Shown piece after piece: positions 47,645 through 61,521 of a DNA stretch of 64,000 bases. A model generated the notes under the pieces. It was given only the letters and a program-made list of their open reading frames with translations, was not told the origin of the DNA and did no database searches. Positions within the stretch are counted from its first letter, which is position 1, and each line of letters starts with the position of its first letter. This DNA is from Marsupella aquatica (lineage: Eukaryota > Plantae > Marchantiophyta). Location of the stretch: the NCBI GenBank assembly GCA_973895155.1, contig OZ316894.1:13945580-14009579 (forward strand), in the 5' to 3' direction. The translations under genes were made by a program, and so were the position numbers.

Positions 47645-50246
47645 ATGGAAGGGGGGAGATTTTTTATGCGATATTGGGGAAGGGGGTGGAGATCGAGTTT
47701 CCAACTCAAATTCATGTCAGAATTGTACTACAGAGGATCTGTGACGACGAATGTCGTGGCCAAAATCACCAAAATTGTAGATAGCTATTATGGATCAGCT
47801 GACCAGTGGAAACTGGACAAGTTGCGTTCGCTCTCGTTTTTCACTACCAGGGAATTCTCTTCGGGTGAGACCGAGCGAAAGAGAAAGAAATTAATGCCAT
47901 TGCAGGTAAGCTGATTCAGTTCTCGTTTTGAGTACAAAGGACTCGAGGGTGTTTTTAAGTTTTAGCTTTTCGTCGGTGGATCTGTGTTGGATATGTTTGA
48001 AGGCGTGTTTCATTGGAAGGCTAGGACAGCTGTTTTCTGGTCCTCTGGGGCTGTCCGGGTCTCGGTGAGTGTCTCGATTGTTTTGCATCGAAAGTCGGTG
48101 ATTGACTATCCAGGCAAGGGCTACCATAGCGTGTTAAAATAACAGACCTAATGGTCCGCCTGGGAGCAGGAGCGGAAGATGATAGATAAATTTAGACTAC
48201 ACGTGCGAGGCGGTGACGGCGGAGGAGGTTGCAGCAGTTTCCGCAAGAGTATCCAATCACGACATGGTTCTGCTGATGGTAGATTTCGCGTAACAATGAT
48301 GGCCTTCATCAGTGTTGGTTCTCCTTCAAAATTGGGCATTTGAATGAATTTCTTAAGTACGCAATGATTTGTTTGAACTCTGCGTAACAAAGCTGAATTG
48401 CTCACAATGGCTTAGTTTTCTTTGTTTGCTGAAGGGGGTAATGGAGGGAGTGGTGGGGATGTGATTCTAATAAGCTCCGCAGCAGTGTGGGACTTCAGCA
48501 ATCTTCAGCACCACCTTGTATGCTCGTCACTGAAGCCCTCTGCTCTGTTTTTTAGGGAAGACCTATTCTAACAGATGTCATTTTTTATGAAGTTAGGGAT
48601 TGAATGCGAGATGTCCAAATCCCTTTGTGACCTGATTTTCAGATATTTGATTTTATGATAAGGGAATGCCAGTTCTCCAATATTATCTTAGAGGTATGAG
48701 TTATGGGTGAAAGCAGACGGTGTCGCTCGAGCCCCGTCATTTGCCAGAAGGATTGACTTTTGGAACACTCGGCTAGGCAGACACGTTCCTTACGAGTTGC
48801 ATCTGTGAACGGTCTTACTTGAACTACAGAACGGGAGCAACGGTGGACCAGGTTCTTCAAAGAAGAAAGTCGGTAGCCGGGGCAAGGATAAGGTCAGTGT
48901 TTTGACGAGCATTTATCTGAATTCATCTTAGTTTTCGTGAGTCTTGTTTTGCCTTTTGTCCAACCGCATTTCTCACTTGTTACTCTGGCTTGGGGTCTGC
49001 ATTTGGCGCTCTTTGACAGATTGTGCAAGTACCTGTCGGTACTGTGATTCACATCGCGAGAGGGTCCATACCATCCTTTGAGCAAGGGCCACCCGCACAA
49101 GAAGAACCAACTTGGGAGGAATGGGAAGGTGTGCCCTCACATGGGAAAAGTAACCCCTTATCTGACAAATCCCAGTGTGTCAAGGCTGAGTTGTCCACTG
49201 AAAGCGAAGGTGTACAAATCGAGTGTTCATCTCCTCTGGACCCCAGTGGAAAACGTGGACACAATCCAAGCGCCAGATCTCTTCAAAATTCCAAGCTACT
49301 GATGCCAGACGTGGATCCTGGCGAACTAGGTTTCCTGAAAGCTTCTGATCACAATTCCGTTCTTCAAGTCCTTTGTTTAAGCTCAGATGGGGACACAAGC
49401 TTCTCCAGTAAAAGTCCTGATGAATATGATTTGGATGGCATCAATGATGAGGACGACGACGATGACAGCTTCAAGCAAGATGTACAGAGCTCAGTAGCAG
49501 AGTTCGTGCACGTTGGACAGAGCATCATCGTGGCTCGTGGAGGTATTGGAGGTAAAGGCAATGCAGCCATGGCAAGGGGAAGGGGTTCTGACAAAGCTCT
49601 ACCAAGTTATGAACACGAATTGGGGCACCCTGGGTCCGAAGCAGATTTGATTGTAGAGCTTAAAACTATTGCAGATGTGGGTCTTGTTGGGGCACCCAAC
49701 GCTGGTAAAAGCACACTCTTAGGTTCTTTGTCGCGGGCTAAACCCACCACAGGCCACTATAAGTTCACTACGTTAAGACCAAATATTGGTATGGTAGAGT
49801 TTGAGGATTTTTTCATTTTGACAGTGGCAGATATTCCGGGTCTTATTGAAGGTGCGCACGAAAATAGAGGGCTGGGACATGCATTTTTGAGGCATATAGA
49901 ACGAACCAAAGTGTTAGCTTATGTAGTAGACTTGGCAGGTGGGATTGGTGATGACAAAGGACTTCTGCCATGGGACCAATTTCAAGAGTTAGTGTTTGAG
50001 TTAGAACAATATCAGAGTGGTTTATCACAACGACCATCCATACTAGTTGCAAACAAAATAGACGAAGAGGGAGGCCTCGAAGCACTAGAAGTGCTTAGAT
50101 CAAAGATTCCACAAATGGAGATATATCCTGTATGTGCGGTGCTCGAAGAGGGTGTAGAAGAATTGAAAGTAGCTCTTCGGAGGCTTGTGGAGTCCTCCCA
50201 GTCGAATTCCCCTTCATTATTACGTTTGTCAGATGCTCTTCTTTGA
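47645..50246 (+). CDS. OBGM: Obg/CgtA-family GTPase, mitochondrial type; exons 47645-47905, 48170-48278, 48435-48517, 48830-48892, 49020-50246
   Basis: GT-AG introns keep the frame. MIDKFRLHVRGGDGGGGC..DGGNGGSGGDVIL..WDFSNLQHHL..VQVPVGTV, ARGGIGGKGN, ELKTIADVGLVGAPNAGKSTLL, FTTLRP, ADIPG, NKID. The start codon is less certain. Confidence 0.92.
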
Positions 50247-52004
50247 TCTCCTGATCTGGATATATGAGAGCAGTCGACATCATATCACTCAGTTTTGACC
50301 AGGAAATCTCTTAGTTTCCTGAAATTGGGAATTAGAACTTCTGTAGTGAGTTTGAGTTTGTGCTTCCTTCTTAGTTTCCCTCTAGTATACCTGAGACTTC
50401 CGAATGATAACAACACTATAGGTGTTTCTCCTGGTGTTGCTTGGATATTTTCCTTTATTATCTCCCGTCAGATGTCTCAGATTGAGCAGTCTTCTCATGG
50501 CAGATATGAGTCATGATATCTCTATTTTTGACTTTCTTCAGCTTGTCAATTCTGATATGAAGTTGTGGATGCTGGATTGACTAATCTCTGATGCAGCAAG
50601 CGATTGTGAATCACTCCACTTGCTAGTTCTCTGCGTGCTTGGTCCTCGATGTCGCTCAGGTCCAGTTGCTACCCGATTTTTCATAGCAAACACGGAGGAG
50701 AAAGTTTAATCCTCACCACATGCAAACATCGCAAGTATTTGGCGACACGGCCCCGGGTAAATTTCAAACGAGAAAAAGACCATCCCATTTGTCCACACGA
50801 GCGACATTCCTTTCACTCAAACATTTTGCAACGAAACTTTGGACATTACTGCAAAAGGCATGAATTACGATATTCCGACATTACATAGCATGGCGGTCGA
50901 GCACAAAGCTGACGTTGGCTGCAATCGCGGCATGATATCACATAATCCTGTCACACTACAACACTTAATAAAACATTAACAAGCACTAAACAACCTGCAA
51001 TATACCACAGCGTATGATATGACACGCATGGCTGAAACAGGTATTTCCTTTTGATAAATTCCCAGTGGAGGCTCAGTGATGACTAACACTCATCTTATTG
51101 TACAATGTGAGTTTATAAAAGCCACTGACCCACAATCTTGAATGCAGATCGGGAGCTTCACGGGAGAGCCTTAGTCCATGAGAGTGATGATCCACACTGG
51201 TTTTATAATGAACAGGAGATGACATGTTGACATCAGAGCAGCTCAAAAGTAAATGCCGTGATATCATTCACGAATCTGCCATACAATGAGTGCTGAGCGT
51301 TGGTTGTTCTGGTAAATATATGACCGCTTCCTAAATATAAGCGTCCCTGTGACAGCTCAAGTTACTGTTACAACTGAAGTTGCATTCTCTTACCAAAGAA
51401 TTCTGTGTTTCAGGTCACTTGGAAAACATTATGGCACTTGGCACTTGGGTTTCACTGCAAAAGGCAGTGACACTGGGGTGTCAAAAATGGACCGAGTTGG
51501 TCTCCAAACAACAATATAAGATTCTACACTCTAGAATTGTTGTTTGGAGAATGTTTGGTAACAGCCAATTCTCTTGGGTCAAATTGGGGGCAGTGGCAGG
51601 GAAGTTGAGGGTGGCTGGGATTTCGCCCCCTTTGATGCGACACACAAGTGTACAGATTTGGTTCAATTTTCCTGGCAAGAATTGGAACTATCACAATGTG
51701 ACGAGATATTGCTAAATTACAGCGACAACATAGATCCAATCCAATGAAAGTATGTCTTGATGCAAATGGCACTTGCTTGTGGGGATAAATAACACATCCT
51801 CTTAATACTTTATTATATAAAAACAAGTGAGGCTAAGGGCCTACAGTCCAACCAAACCTACAAGACACCTTAATGGAGAACTCTTGAGTATCCATAGTAT
51901 ATATAAAAGAATAAGTGAAGAATGAGAGAGATAATGTTATTCCTCTAACCTATACTCCCAAGGGGAACTAAGATGTTTGGACCTAAATAATTGGATATTG
52001 TAAT

Positions 52005-53700
52005 ACATTGTCAACTCCAGATTAGCTGACAGCAATGCGGAACATGAGAGCACTCAATCTCACCCAACACCAACAAGACATCACTATGGAGAAACTCGTG
52101 AGTGAAGGATCCATAGCTTATGAGGAAATACATGTGAAGAATGAGGGAGAGAATCTTCTCCCTCCAACCTATACCCCCAAGGGGGGCGGGATATGTGGGC
52201 CAAATTAAGTGGATCTTATCCTAATATAATCTAGGGTTAACTAACCCTAGTAAGGCCAAACTAACTCAAAGTCGGGACCTTGAGTCAATTCCTAACAATC
52301 TCCACCTTGACTATACTCTAATGCATGTCATTGTATACATTAACTACCCACAACACTATCATAGGGAATATGTTTAGGGTTTAGAGTTTCAATCTCACTA
52401 GAAGGGCAATCATTCTTTGAGAGTTTGGAGTGGAAGCCAATGGAGTACCAACTGGTTTTGCATTCTCCATCCCATACTTGGCAAGTACCTTCTCCAAGTA
52501 CTGCCTTTGAGACAACCATAATTGCCTCTACTCCCTGCCACGATGAATCTCCATGCCTAAATCTTCGTGGCTTGACCCAAGTCCTTCATTGAAAACTCCT
52601 TACTCAGCATTGCTTTTAGATGCACACAGGGATGCGCAACATCAGATTTATTCTTAGCCATGATCAACATGTCATCCACATACAATGTAAGCACAATGTA
52701 ACCAAAGCCTGAATAATTCCCCACCTCCTTCATGTAAATACAACAATCATGTTCACTCCACGTGAACCCTTGGGATAACATGAAGGAATCAAAATGTTTA
52801 TTCCACTCTTTGGGACTCTACTTTAATCCGTATAATTAATGAGAGCAAGAGCTGACAAGTGTCTGGTCTTCTCATCAATAAAACCTGGAGGATGAGTCAT
52901 AGAAATCTTCACATTAAGCAATCCATGCAAGAAAGCAATAATTATATTTATCTAATCTAACTCAAGATCATAGAATATCACAATTGCAAGTAAAACACAA
53001 ATAGTTGCAAGTTTGACAACTGGTGAGAAAATATCTGTGTAAACCAAGCCCTCCTTTTGGGTGTACCCTTTGGCCACAAGGCATGCCTTGTAAGTGTCAT
53101 TGTAATTTTTTTTGTACAACAATCTGCACAAACCAGTGTATTCCTATGAGATGTATTTGTTAAGCGCCAAGTCAAGTCCTCTTCAAAGAATTGATCTCCT
53201 TCAATATCGCCTAGCTTCATCCACTTACCCTTTTTTGGAGACACCATAGCTTCTTTATAGCTAGAGGGATCTCCATCCTCAATGAGCAGAATTAATAACA
53301 TTGGGATCATCATTGTGCTCAACCATGTGAACACAAGGATTTGCAAAACCAAATCTATCAGGGGGTTGGCCAATGCGGAGCGCCTTAGTTGAGAATTGCA
53401 CCTCTACCAGAGAAACCAGTAGCATCCTCAACACCATCAAGCTCCACCGTAGTGGGTTCCTCCACTTGCTCCTCTCGATTATCTTGGGGTGCAAATAAGC
53501 AAGACGGGGCAACCACAAAAATTCCTCCAACAGAGGGAGTTTCTTTAACCAAAGGTCTCAAAGAGGATTTAGACGACCATCCAATGGCCATAAACAGCAA
53601 CACTTTCGTGGAAGATCTTCAGGAGGACATGGTGGACAAAGATTTTAAAGGAATACTTGTCCAAACCAAGCCAAAATTGTCAATCATCTAATAGACAATC
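52005..53700 (-). mobile_element. Degenerate copia (family of 21773-23742), RT plus 3' LTR (~52005-52297), RNase H deleted
   Basis: DPSSYKEAM, LYVDDML, FSMKDLG, PYDSVVG, then PPT AAGGTGGAGAT and TGTTAGG. Another LTR fragment at ~51840-51995. Confidence 0.8.
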
Positions 53701-56629
53701 ATGTACAAAATGCAAAATGAATAATCATAACACCAGCAACTACATAATCCCTAAATATCTTAGGGATCTTTATCAAAGTTCTCTCCAAGGGAGAACACCA
53801 TGAAATGATCAAAAGGAAACCCATGGAACTTTTATGGAATTCTCTGATATATTCCATGATTTTTCTTATCAACCAGCAAACCTTGAGACACACTAAGTCA
53901 CTCAAAATCCCACATTACAACCTTAGAACATCCAAGTACTATATTATTGATAGCGGAACTACACACTCTATACTTAGAGAAAAGAAACTTTTTCACAACA
54001 TCACTCCTTCACGTAGATCTATAATAACCATCAATGGCCAAAGCCAAATAGAAGAAGAAAATGGACCAGTATCCTTAAGATTACCCCAAGGCACCAAAAT
54101 ACATAAAGGCTCTGCTATATATGCCCCTAAGGCAATGCAAAACCTTTTGGGTTTCCGTGAACTGCGTGCCAATGGACTTCATGTCCAAACTGGCAACACT
54201 AATACCCAATAAGTTATTCACCTGGTTGAAAACACCCCTTCCCGGGTCAAATTATTAAAGAAACCCTGTTCTCGTACACGTGTGGATAATACCTTACAAA
54301 AATAGAAGTTTATATAACTTTACTACAATGCAGACTTTCCATACACTTTGGCATGATAGGTTAGGTCATCCTGGTCAAACTATGCTAAAGAAAATTATAC
54401 AACATTCTTAGGGATACCCAAAACCAAATTCCCATGCATTCACCATGCCCAGCATGCTCTAGAGGCAAACTAATAACAAAACCCTCCATATCAAAATTGC
54501 CAACACAAATACCTCCATTCCTTTCTTTCATACATGCTCATATATGTGGACCCATTAACCCACCTAGTGGACCATTTAGATATTTTATGGTATTAATACT
54601 TAGATGCATTGACCAAGTGGTCAAATGTTACCTTACATTCCACACGCAACTTAGCTATAGCACGCATATTAGCACAAATCTTGTGAATTAAAGCCGGAAA
54701 TTTCTTGAGCACCCTTTCAAGACTCTATGTATATAATGCGGGGGAATTCACTTCCACCACTTTTGATGATTTTTGTACTTCTTTAGGTATTGATGTTCAA
54801 TACCCAGTACCACATGCCCATTCTCAAAACCGGCTAGCTGAGGTGATCATTAAGCGCTTACAACTTATTGCACTACTCATGCACTCACAACTCCCAGTAT
54901 CTGCATGGGGACATGCTATATTACACGCTAATATACTCATACAATATCTTTCATCAACATTTAACTCATTGAGCCCATACCAAATGAGTACTGGCAAACC
55001 GCCAGATTTATCCCACCTCTACTCATTTGGATGTCAGATTATGGTACCCATAACCCCGCCCAAACAAACAAAGATGGGACAACAACGACAACTTGGAATA
55101 TACATCGGATTTGACTCTCTGTCAATAATCCGTTATTTAGAGCCTGCAACACATGATATATTTAAAGCAAGATTTTGAGATTGTCATTTTGACAAAGAAA
55201 TTTTCCCCACATTGAGTAAAACCTTGGCAAACCTGATGCACATCCCCTTCCACCCTTGGAATGGAATAGAACTTCACCATTTTGGCAAGACATCACGACA
55301 AATGAGGGAGAACGAAGTCCAACGCATCTTACAACTCCATAAATCATAGAAGAGCTACCAGATTCCTTTGTCAATGCGACAAAGGTTAATTACACGCTAA
55401 CACATCCCTTTGGCTAATACTCTAGCCCGCATAACTTTATTAGATGAACCAGCCATAATCCAACAACCTCAACAAAAACAAGGACGTCCACCTGGCACTA
55501 AGGATAAATAGCCACGTAAACGCCAATCGGCTTCACCCACTACATCAATAGATCCATCTACTCTTAATGAGGAAATTTTGATACATTACACCCATACTCG
55601 CAAAATGTGGAAGAGATAGCTCATCCTGTCGGATGACCACTTTGCGTTAATGGTAGCTACATACTAATGTTACCAATGACACTCCAAAACCTATATTTAT
55701 TTTAGAATGCCAAAGTAGGCCTGACAGTTGGCCTAAGTGGAAAATTGCTATTAAAGTAGAACTTGATTCTCTTATTAGCCAAAATACCTTTTGTTTGGTG
55801 AAACCCACCCCACTTAATGTCCACCTCATTGGCTACAAGTGGACCTTTGTCCAAAAAAGAAATGGTAGTGGCCAAGTAATCTGATACAAGGCCCATTTAG
55901 CTGGAAAAGGTTTTCCACAATAGCCCAGTACCCACTATGATAATACTTACTCACCAATGATGGACAACATCAAATTTCAATATTTGATTTGTTTTGCCAT
56001 TTTTTACAAGTTGAAAATGAGGCAAATGGATGTTGCAAATTTGACATACCTTTATGGGACGCTTGATACGTGCATTTACATGCGCGCCCCACCAGAACTA
56101 GAAGCACAATGACATGCTTTGACTCAAGGAGCCACATCGCAAATTCCATATTTACAAAAAACTTACTTTAAATTTATCTCATATGAATCTCAACGTGTCA
56201 TCTACACATACCAATAATGAGATTAATACTACACCACAAGACACCACTATGTCTACCATACGGCATACTTGCCATAGACTAGCTATCCACATGTTGAAGG
56301 CCTTATGTGGTCTGAACAAAGTGGCAGAGTATGGTATCAAAAATTTATTGATGAGATGATTGCCATGGGTTTCTTTCATGATGCTATACTGATGATGAGT
56401 TCGTCATCGTTGCTATCTATGTTGATGATTTAAATATTTTTGACACTCCAAAAATAACTAAAGATACAATCAAAATACTAAAGACCACTTTCAAATGAAA
56501 GATGTTGGTACCACTAAGTTTTGTATTGGTTTATAGCTGGAAATATTGCCCACTGATATTTTATTACATCAAATCACATACACTGAGAAAATCCTCAACA
56601 ATTTAATATGCAACTTGCTCATTAGAAAA

Positions 56630-59600
56630 TGTGACACGGGCAACGTGTCACTTGACATGAAGCAAACGTCAGATTAGAACGTATACGGTCATTAGGACCG
56701 TATCCATATAGTTAGGATGTGATGGAAAGTTGCTTTTGCAATTATGTTTAGACTAGGAATTATAGGTTAGTCAACTTAATGAGTACTGATTACCATGCGC
56801 ACTATTACAATTGTCCACGGTATGATGGCAGCGACGGAGTAAAAGTTTTTTGTATCAAATCATGCTTGGACCGAGACAGTCGACTGAATTAAATGATGGC
56901 GGCTAACGGCCTTCAATACCCTCACGCCCGAGCTCGCCCAAGAGCCCCCATAAAAGCACGAGTTGCTGGCACGGCCGCCCATTTGCCACTTCGCGCTTCT
57001 TAGATCACTTGGACCTTGTCAGGTCTCTCTCGCCGTAGCCACTCTTGGTTGAAGCTCACTTTTATCGAAGGAAATTGGAGGTTGCGGATATATTGTGGCG
57101 AGATTTAGTCAGGATCAACATCTTCTTTGCAGGAGATCACGGACCTTTGGCGTCGCGACTAAGCTAGGAAAGAAGACTCAACCAGAGGAATGTGAAGGTT
57201 AGTCCTGTGGACAACACCAAGTGTTCGCCACGCTCCGGGGGGCTGGTTAGTCCGCAGTTGGAGCAACGTCCCCGAAAGCGGACTAGGAAAACATCAGGCT
57301 TGGAACCCACTACATGGACAAACCCCGTCCCCACACCAACTCCAGCCCAACCAACCCGCCAGCGAACACCCAGTCCCGGAGGGCCTCAGACTACCGTCAG
57401 CCAAACTTGCTGTAGGTAAACCATGTCCCCGAGGTAGTCTGGTCCGCTATCAAGAACCCATCGCATGCGGACTATCTCAAGGAGCATTAGTTGGAGCAAT
57501 TTGCTCATTTGAACTGGAGGCCCATTGCCTCTGGACCAAGGGAGGTGTACGAGTTCATCTCCAATTTTGACATTGACACACCTGCCACCAAGGGATCAAG
57601 GCAGATCTTGTCACTTACGGAGTACCGATTGGCCCAGATCTTTTGTCTGCCAACTGGGCTGGTACCAGTCAAACTCTGGATCCGGGATAAGGAGTACACG
57701 CCCAAGTACTTCAAACCAGAGGGCAAGATGGACAACGGGTACAAATAGGGCTCGTGTACCAATCTAATTTGTATGGAGCGGCTAAACTTCATACGGACTA
57801 CCCTACACATGATCGAACCCCGGTCCAAGATTTCCCTTTGTACGATTGTACAGGTGGAGCAATGCAAGCGGTGGAACTGGGCCAAATTCTTTAGCCGCCG
57901 GTTTTTGGGAGAGCTCAAATGGGCATGCCTATCGGGGGAAGAACGTACCTGGGGAGTCACATTGCCATCATCCTAGGCTGGTACAAACAGCGGCGTGAGA
58001 TTAGAGGGAAGAATATGGCCACCTCGGCCCCAACCGACGCTGCCACCACCCCCGGACGTACGGCCCCAAGCGCCCCGACTACCACGGCTAGGGTAAACCC
58101 CAACCTCACCATTCCTCAGACTACCCCTCCGCCCTCCACTCCGTTAGGCACCATTATGAATTTTGGACCACCCCCGCCATCCCCTGCCGTCAAACCCCCA
58201 CTACCCCCAACGCAATCGCCCCCAATTCCACCACCACCTAAGGAACCCATCCCTTCCCCAATGCGGACTTTGGAGGAGGTCGTCGCTCCAACCGTGGACG
58301 TACCATTACCCAAGAGAATGGAGGATTATCGGGTAGTTCCAGGGACCTTGGCCCACAACCTAATCCAGAAGTTCAGCTAGGACCTATCAAGGAACTAGCA
58401 ACATACATCAGGAAATAGGTCGCCCAGTACTTCCAACCGGCCTTCTTCATGTTAGATCACCAACCGCGGATCATAACCCGCTTGGAGGATGAACTCATGG
58501 CCAAGGGGAATGACTATGGAGCGACTGGGGGAGGCAGCCACCGCTCGTGACGAGGAGTTAGTCTGTGTCACCCAACAACCGAACGGACTAAACCAAGAGT
58601 TGCTTAAGGCTCAGGCTGATGTTACAAGACTCGGAGCCACCGTACTCCAGCTTCAAACAGAGTCCTTGGCTTGGGTTAATAGCCTGACCGACCTGGACAA
58701 CCAGTTTGTTCAGGCTGCCCAGCAGGTCAATGCTATCACCGCCAATCGGGACAAGTTGTTGGCCCAGAGCCAGGCCGATCTTCAAACAATTGGCCAACTC
58801 AACTTGGAGGTGGCCCGGCTCCAGATGGAGGTCGACAACGTCTCCAATGAAGCGGAGGAGGCGGTGTGGGATAATAAGGTCTTACAGGAGCGGATTACCC
58901 TGCTGGTAAGCCAGCGGAGCAGGGCAAGAAATGCCTCTGATCAAGGCGGCTCGAGACCCCAACCTGACAAGGGGACAAACCCTAGACCAACAGCGTGATC
59001 CACGAGAGGGGTGGTTAGCGGTGGGGGCGATTGGGCGGCTGCTCAGTGCGACCAGCAGGCCAGGGTATCTTTTTGAGTTAACCATAGTGACCGAGTAGCT
59101 GTCATTAGGCACCGATTAGTTGCGTGGTAGGCAAGATTAGGAAAAGTTAGTTAGGATCATCCAGGGTAGGATAGGCGGCAATCAACGGGCTAAAACGATT
59201 GGCAATAGGACTTAGATGCTAGCGCCGCGGTCAACGACCCTTGCCATTGACAATCAACAAGATAGTGGGCAGGCAATCAACCGCGTTAGTAAGTAGTTAG
59301 TCAGGTAGGCCTTAGCAAGGGAGGTAGAATCTCCCCCGCCCATTGGAAGTAGTATTTAGGCTCCCCCTTCCGCTAGTGGAGGGGAGAGGCTAGTAGCTTA
59401 TTTCAGTTAGGAAAAGTATTGCGCACGGGGAGTCCCGGCCTAAGTAGGATCGGAGAGCACTAATTAAGGAGTGAGAGCCAGAGTTGATCTTGCTAGGCAA
59501 GTGCAAGACAGGGTCTTGTAGAGGCTGGGCATTGATTGCCGTTAGGCCTGCCGATCACTTAGAAGTCAAGTCAACTATGTAAAATGGTTCTTCTTATCTG

Positions 59601-60001
59601 AGTAAACCTTGTCTTCCCTCGATCTTTTGAGAGTAGTTTGTGTTGCATGTGTGCCTTGCCTTGACAAAGGCGCCATTTCAAGGGACGTACCGGGTGCGGA
59701 CTAATGGTTGGGATTGTCAGGAAGCATATGCTGCAAAGCCTGGTCGCGGCGATGGCTTGAAAGTCCCCAAGCCGGGAATTAGTCCGAGTCACTAACTATG
59801 GGATCCTTCTAGCGGTGGAAACCAAATATACCTATGATGTCTGTATTGGTTGCGTAATATTATATCAGTACTTGTACATAGTCCGACTTAGACTAATTAA
59901 GGCCACTACACCCCTCCTTGCCCAAAACCTCACCCTTACTGGAGGTTGTGCGCATGCCAACGAGTTAACCCGGATTTAAGGCCCGGGTTAGTGGCGCGAC
60001 A
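56630..60001 (+). mobile_element. 3372-bp solo LTR with TSD GAAAA
   Basis: TGTGAC...GCGACA flanked by GAAAA on both sides, interrupting the copia RT. No gag/pol and no internal LTR pair seen. Confidence 0.85.
57192..58998 (+). pseudogene. Disrupted LTR-resident accessory ORF (globular domain, Pro-rich linker, coiled coil)
   Basis: Five abutting plus-strand ORF pieces spanning ~1.8 kb, joined by stops or frameshifts. Confidence 0.75.
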
Positions 60002-61437
60002 GAAAACAATGCCGATATTTTCCAGAAATGTGAAGAGGATGAACCCACATTAGAACCTAAAACTCCATGTACCTTTTTGCACTTGTTTTGCAATAGGTGC
60101 ATTAATGTATTTAGTAAACTAGACTAGACCAAATATTTCTTTTGCAGTTAACTTACTTGCAAGACATAGTGCTAACCCCACTTCCGGACATTGGAATGGA
60201 GCTAAGCATATATTCCGCTACCTCTATGGACACTTAGACACCGGATTATTCTTTCCATTTCTTACTACTCACAAAATTTTGGGATATGCGGATGCTGGGT
60301 ATCTTTCCAATACCTACACTGCTAAATCTTAAACAGGTAAGTTTACGTCTTCCTTGTAGGCGATGTTACTTTATCTTGGAAAAGCGTTAAACCAACCTTA
60401 ACTGCAACATCCTAAAACCACTCAAAAATACTTGCACTTCATGAGGCTAGCAGAGAAGCTGTATGGTTATGTTCACTCATCAACCACATCCAAGTTAAAT
60501 GCGGATTTGACCCACTGACCAAGCCTACTAATATTTTTGAAGATAATGCAGCTTGCATCCAAGGATCACACAAGGATTTATAAAAGGTGATTGTGTGAAA
60601 CATATAGCACCAAAGTTCTTCTACACTCATGAACTACATGGTAAAGTGATCAATGTACTGCAGATACAAAGTGCCGACAATTGCGCAAATCTTTTCACCA
60701 AATCATTGACTCCTATTGTTCATCAATGACATTGCCATGCGATTGGACTTTGGAGCTTACGATGATTAATGTCCGAGACATGATACACCCTATTGATGTT
60801 GCTGCTATCTACTGATTGTGTTTTTCTGGAGATGACTGCTACTATTGATACCATACTTACTATCGATACGACTTCAACAAGGAGGATTATTGGGACTGTA
60901 CTCTTTTTCCTCTAAAATCACAATTTTTTTCCTCTATTACACTGATAGAGTTGCTAAAGGTTTTAACGAGGCAGTCCTCCTCACTTGTAGTTACATCATG
61001 CGTTATGTATAAACATGATCGTTTATCTCAGATATATATGTACTATAGATTTTCTACATAGTTGTTACTATATAGCCAAGGGGGGGTGTTCTAACCTCAA
61101 TAGACATAACCATGGTTATACTAACCACATGTCCTAACTGGACATCACTCATGTATATAACATTGGTTATTTTCCAACCATCATGAATCCATTCAATCAT
61201 TCTTTGCTCTAACACTTTAAAGTTTGTAGGGGTTTTTTAGTAAAAAATGGCAAAATTTAAAGAAAGAAAGCATTTTGAAAAAAAATCACTTATAAGTTAG
61301 GGGTAAAACCCTAAAATGTTGCACGCAATGTATGGCCCTCCATATAGTGACCCCCCCCAAGGGATTTCACTTCCATAAAAATGGCACATCACGCGCAATT
61401 GAATGGATTCATGATCGATGATTGTTGAACAAGCCAT

Positions 61438-61521
61438 CTAAGTCCAGAGGCTAAAGTTGACCTTCCCATCAAACTTCTCCACCTCAAACTTTGGTGCTGT
61501 AAGCTTTCGTGAAGTCATTGA
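61438..61521 (-). pseudogene. Copia gag N-terminal fragment
   Basis: MTSRKLTAPKFEVEKFDGKVNFSLW. Probably the 5' part of the minus-strand copia at 52005-53700. Confidence 0.65.

Larger units (their letters stand above)
53805..61214 (+). mobile_element. Degenerate Bianca-like Ty1/copia split by a solo-LTR insertion; short 3' LTR 61087-61214
   Basis: IIDSGTTHSIL, WHDRLGHPG, ICGPINPPSGPFRYFM, KRLQLIA, YVDDL, GYADAGY, EDNAACI, KHIAPKFFYTHEL. G-rich PPT followed by TGTT..AACA. Confidence 0.82.
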
